Shown here in pieces: positions 26,528 through 28,792 of a DNA stretch of 28,792 nt. A model generated the notes under the pieces. That model ran no database searches. It was not told where the DNA came from and saw only the letters and a list, made by a program, of their open reading frames with translations. Both the position numbers and the translations under genes were made by a program. Each line of letters starts with the position of its first letter. Within the stretch, counting starts at the first letter, position 1. This stretch comes from a virus (lineage: Duplodnaviria > Heunggongvirae > Uroviricota > Caudoviricetes), in the IMG/VR virus record IMGVR_UViG_2778261570_000004, positions 1 through 28,792 of that record; one strand, 5' to 3'.

Positions 26528-26682
26528 CAAAATTTCCCCAAAATCGTGACGCAAAACATCAGCACGGCAAAAAGCTCAATACCAAGTTCAAGTAGCGCCA
26601 ACGCCCCGAAAAACAGCACATAGAACAGGCCAATCTCATTCACAGATGGCTGGTGGATCGCACTTAAAGCTATAAGCATCAT
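26527..26682 (-). CDS. 51-aa hydrophobic peptide, first gene of the leftward operon
   Basis: GGAGG 5 nt upstream of ATG; TGATG coupling to next gene; below track cutoff. Confidence 0.35.
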   Translation of the reverse strand: MMLIALSAIHQPSVNEIGLFYVLFFGALALLELGIELFAVLMFCVTILGKF

Positions 26683-26720
26683 GTCCTCCAAACATTTATC
26701 AGTGATGATATTAATGTTTT

Positions 26721-26757
26721 GTGTTAGAAAATCAATTTTGAATATCTAACTATTTTG
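26721..26757. promoter_or_regulatory. operator-like motif pair in divergent promoter region
   Basis: GTGTTAGAAAATCAATTTT plus inverted ATCTAAC; between the leftward operon and the Ref-like gene. Confidence 0.45.
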
Positions 26758-26799
26758 ATCAATCATAGAAAAATCGTTGAAAAGTAAGAGACTGCCATC

Positions 26800-27378
26800 A
26801 TGCAGAAACAGAGTTATTGGGAGAAACAGAGACAAAAAGCCATGCAAAAATTGGCTGACCCGGCCTGGCGAGAGGAACAAAGGGCAAAGCGCCTTCAACA
26901 AGCTCAACGCCAGCAGCAGCGAGCGAGAGAAAAGGCCGCATCGCCTGAATATCGGCAAAAGAAAAATGAAAAAGCAAAGCAATATGAACAGCGGAGAAAA
27001 GATAAAGCTGTATCCGCTCCGCCCAAAAAAACACGCACGTCACGCGGCCTGAAAGGCAGATCACTCACAGCCGATGAACGCCGGATACAGACCGCTATCG
27101 GTACTCTCCCCTGCATTGCCTGCCATATTCACGGGCAACATAGCCCAGTGGTATCCCTGCACCATATCTTCGGGAGAACGGCAGAGAACGCGCATAAATA
27201 TGTCCTCCCTTTGTGTAAATGGCACCACCAGTACGCAGCGCCAGCCGAGGTCCGAGAACAATATCCCTGGCTGGTCCCTGTTCATGCTGACGGAAAAATA
27301 GGCGGAAAAGCAGATTTCATGCGGCACAATGCCGATGAAATGACGTTGTATCAGATGGCGATTGAATTGATAAATTAG
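26800..27378 (+). CDS. ref: Ref-like protein (basic disordered N-terminus plus Cys/His-rich HNH-like C-terminal domain)
   Basis: N-terminal 85 aa rich in K/R/Q; C-terminal CIACHIHGQH...HHIFGR...CKWHHQ; operator-like motifs on both sides. Confidence 0.5.
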   Translation: MQKQSYWEKQRQKAMQKLADPAWREEQRAKRLQQAQRQQQRAREKAASPEYRQKKNEKAKQYEQRRKDKAVSAPPKKTRTSRGLKGRSLTADERRIQTAIGTLPCIACHIHGQHSPVVSLHHIFGRTAENAHKYVLPLCKWHHQYAAPAEVREQYPWLVPVHADGKIGGKADFMRHNADEMTLYQMAIELIN

Positions 27379-27393
27379 TTTTCTAACATTTTA
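27373..27393. promoter_or_regulatory. operator-like motif copy (reverse orientation)
   Basis: AAATTAGTTTTCTAACATTTT overlapping the stop of the Ref-like gene. Confidence 0.4.
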
Positions 27394-27709
27394 AGTTGAA
27401 TTGTAAATTTCTCCGATGTACATTCACTACCGATTGGCACACCGGTCAACTTTTTGAGACAAACTGTTTAGTTTTTCGTATTATTGCCGCCGCTATACCT
27501 ATGGCGGTGCAATATAGGTGGCTGAAAAGCCCCCGTTGACTCACGGTGTTCCAGCCTTTATTGCGCCGCCACCAGACCGTGGAACAGTCGATGGCGGCTC
27601 CGAAAGCAAGGAGTCACTACACTATGAACAGCTACTGTCTTTTCCCATCACTCGTTGTCCGCCACTCACGCGATAATCTGCATTCTTTACTCGCGCTGGG
27701 GGTGTCAAA

Positions 27710-27877
27710 ATGACCGTTCGCTACCTCAACTTTCAAATCCAGAACATCACTGGCGGTTGCTATGACTGGTTTGTCACTCTCGGAAAAGAAGTGATCACCG
27801 GGAAGCTGGATGAAGTGAAAGCTAAAGCAATGGCCTACGCCTGCAAGCAAGCCCGGAAGAAATCCGCCAAAGCATAA
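27710..27877 (+). CDS. hypothetical 55-aa basic protein
   Basis: ATG preceded by GGGGGTG; followed by a strong intrinsic terminator; below track cutoff. Confidence 0.3.
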   Translation: MTVRYLNFQIQNITGGCYDWFVTLGKEVITGKLDEVKAKAMAYACKQARKKSAKA

Positions 27878-27982
27878 AATACTGACTGTTGCGCCATGGC
27901 ATTATCGTGGGGTATATTTCTACGGCACCTTAGAAAAACGGGTGCCGGGATTGGAACCCCGGATAATGTCAAAGGCGACACA

Positions 27983-28004
27983 GACGCCGAAAGCGTCTTT
28001 TTTT
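27983..28004 (+). terminator. rho-independent terminator (GACGC-cgaaa-GCGTC plus T7)
   Basis: Perfect 5-bp stem and run of seven T. Confidence 0.6.
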
Positions 28005-28189
28005 GTGTCATGCCATCGCACAGCCATACGTAGCGTTTAGCTCAGAGATCAATGGTAGTGCTGGCTGGGCTGCCGAAAGGCAGGCCGGTTCCCTTTGACG
28101 CCGGTAGTTCCAACCCAGTCAGTGCTACCGCCATTGAGATTGGAACCTCACGCGGTAGCTCCTTAACTTAGTCAAAGGAGGCTGCCAAT

Positions 28190-28405
28190 ATGGCTACTAT
28201 CCCTACCCCAACTCATTCTGAATTTATCTGGCGTTTCTATTCCTGCCAAAAACACCTGTATATCTGCGTCATGGCTGCTACCGAAGCAGAAGCTCGTTCA
28301 TACCTTCCTGAAGAACCCTGCATTTTTGCCGCACGCTTCACTCTTGATGCGATGGAGATCCTAAATTACTGGAATCTGCCAATGAACTGCGTGGAGGTGC
28401 ACTGA
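28190..28405 (+). CDS. hypothetical 71-aa protein at an icd-like position
   Basis: SD AAGGAGG 7 nt upstream of ATG; TGATG coupling to the downstream Rha-family gene. Confidence 0.45.
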   Translation: MATIPTPTHSEFIWRFYSCQKHLYICVMAATEAEARSYLPEEPCIFAARFTLDAMEILNYWNLPMNCVEVH

Positions 28406-28792
28406 TGAATCTGTCCATCTCTCAAAAAGCGACAATGACCAGTATTGAGATCGCGGAACTGGTAGGTAAGCGTCATGATAATGTGAAGCGTACCATTGAA
28501 GTATTAACTAAAGGTGGTGTCATTCAATTTCCTCAAATTGAGGAAATTGAAAATAAACAATCAGTTGGCCCTCGTCGATTTTCCAAGGCTTACATATTTG
28601 AAGGCGAACAAGGAAAACGAGACAGCATCATTGTCGTCGCGCAGCTCTCTCCGGAATTCACCGCCCGGCTGGTGGACCGCTGGCGCGAACTGGAGAATGC
28701 CCGGGTACAGTTAAAATCAAAAGCCGAAATCCTGGCTGAAATGGCGCAAATGCATCTTGAGCATGAACGCCGGATCAACGCCGTAAATGCCC
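28405..28792 (+). CDS. Rha-family phage regulatory / antirepressor-like protein, 3' end beyond window
   Basis: TMTSIEIAELVGKRHDNVKRTIEVL matches the Phage_pRha N-terminal motif; no stop codon before the window end. Confidence 0.7.
   Translation, partial: MNLSISQKATMTSIEIAELVGKRHDNVKRTIEVLTKGGVIQFPQIEEIENKQSVGPRRFSKAYIFEGEQGKRDSIIVVAQLSPEFTARLVDRWRELENARVQLKSKAEILAEMAQMHLEHERRINAVNA

Noticed and set aside
727-27393. Dispersed GTTAGAAAACTAA motifs as recombinase target sites or integron-like cassette boundaries
   Set aside because: No similarity to the rox arms and most copies are single asymmetric sites; an operator role fits better, though it is untested.

Overview
This window reads as a segment of a P1-like phage-plasmid (prophage) of Enterobacteriaceae, most likely of the D6 lineage. 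The anchor is a near-exact rox-like 14-4-14 palindrome (10911-10942) directly upstream of a Cre-family recombinase (Dre-like, 11095-12123), next to a PacA/PacB-like terminase pair (6728-9600). Other recognisable P1-type content: a tRNA cluster (Asn-GTT, Thr-TGT, ileX-like CAT) with a TerB/Tci-like gene; the phd-doc addiction module; hot and humD behind a perfect LexA box; a long leftward operon with a lambda-PPase-type phosphatase and four Ead/Ea22-like paralogs; a Ref-like gene; and an immI-like end (structured RNA region, 71-aa ORF, partial Rha-family gene). A 17-18 bp asymmetric motif (core GTTAGAAAACTAA) recurs at least nine times at operon boundaries and looks like a dispersed repressor operator. 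The best candidate for something undescribed is the operator-fronted six-gene operon at 12197-15818: hypothetical, winged-helix-like, dUTPase with a divergent motif IV, DUF2829-like, hypothetical, and a terminase-large-subunit paralog that has lost the Walker A lysine, the Walker B glutamate and the nuclease domain. All calls are from reading the sequence and recalled family motifs; no searches were run, and regulatory-site coordinates are approximate to a few bases.
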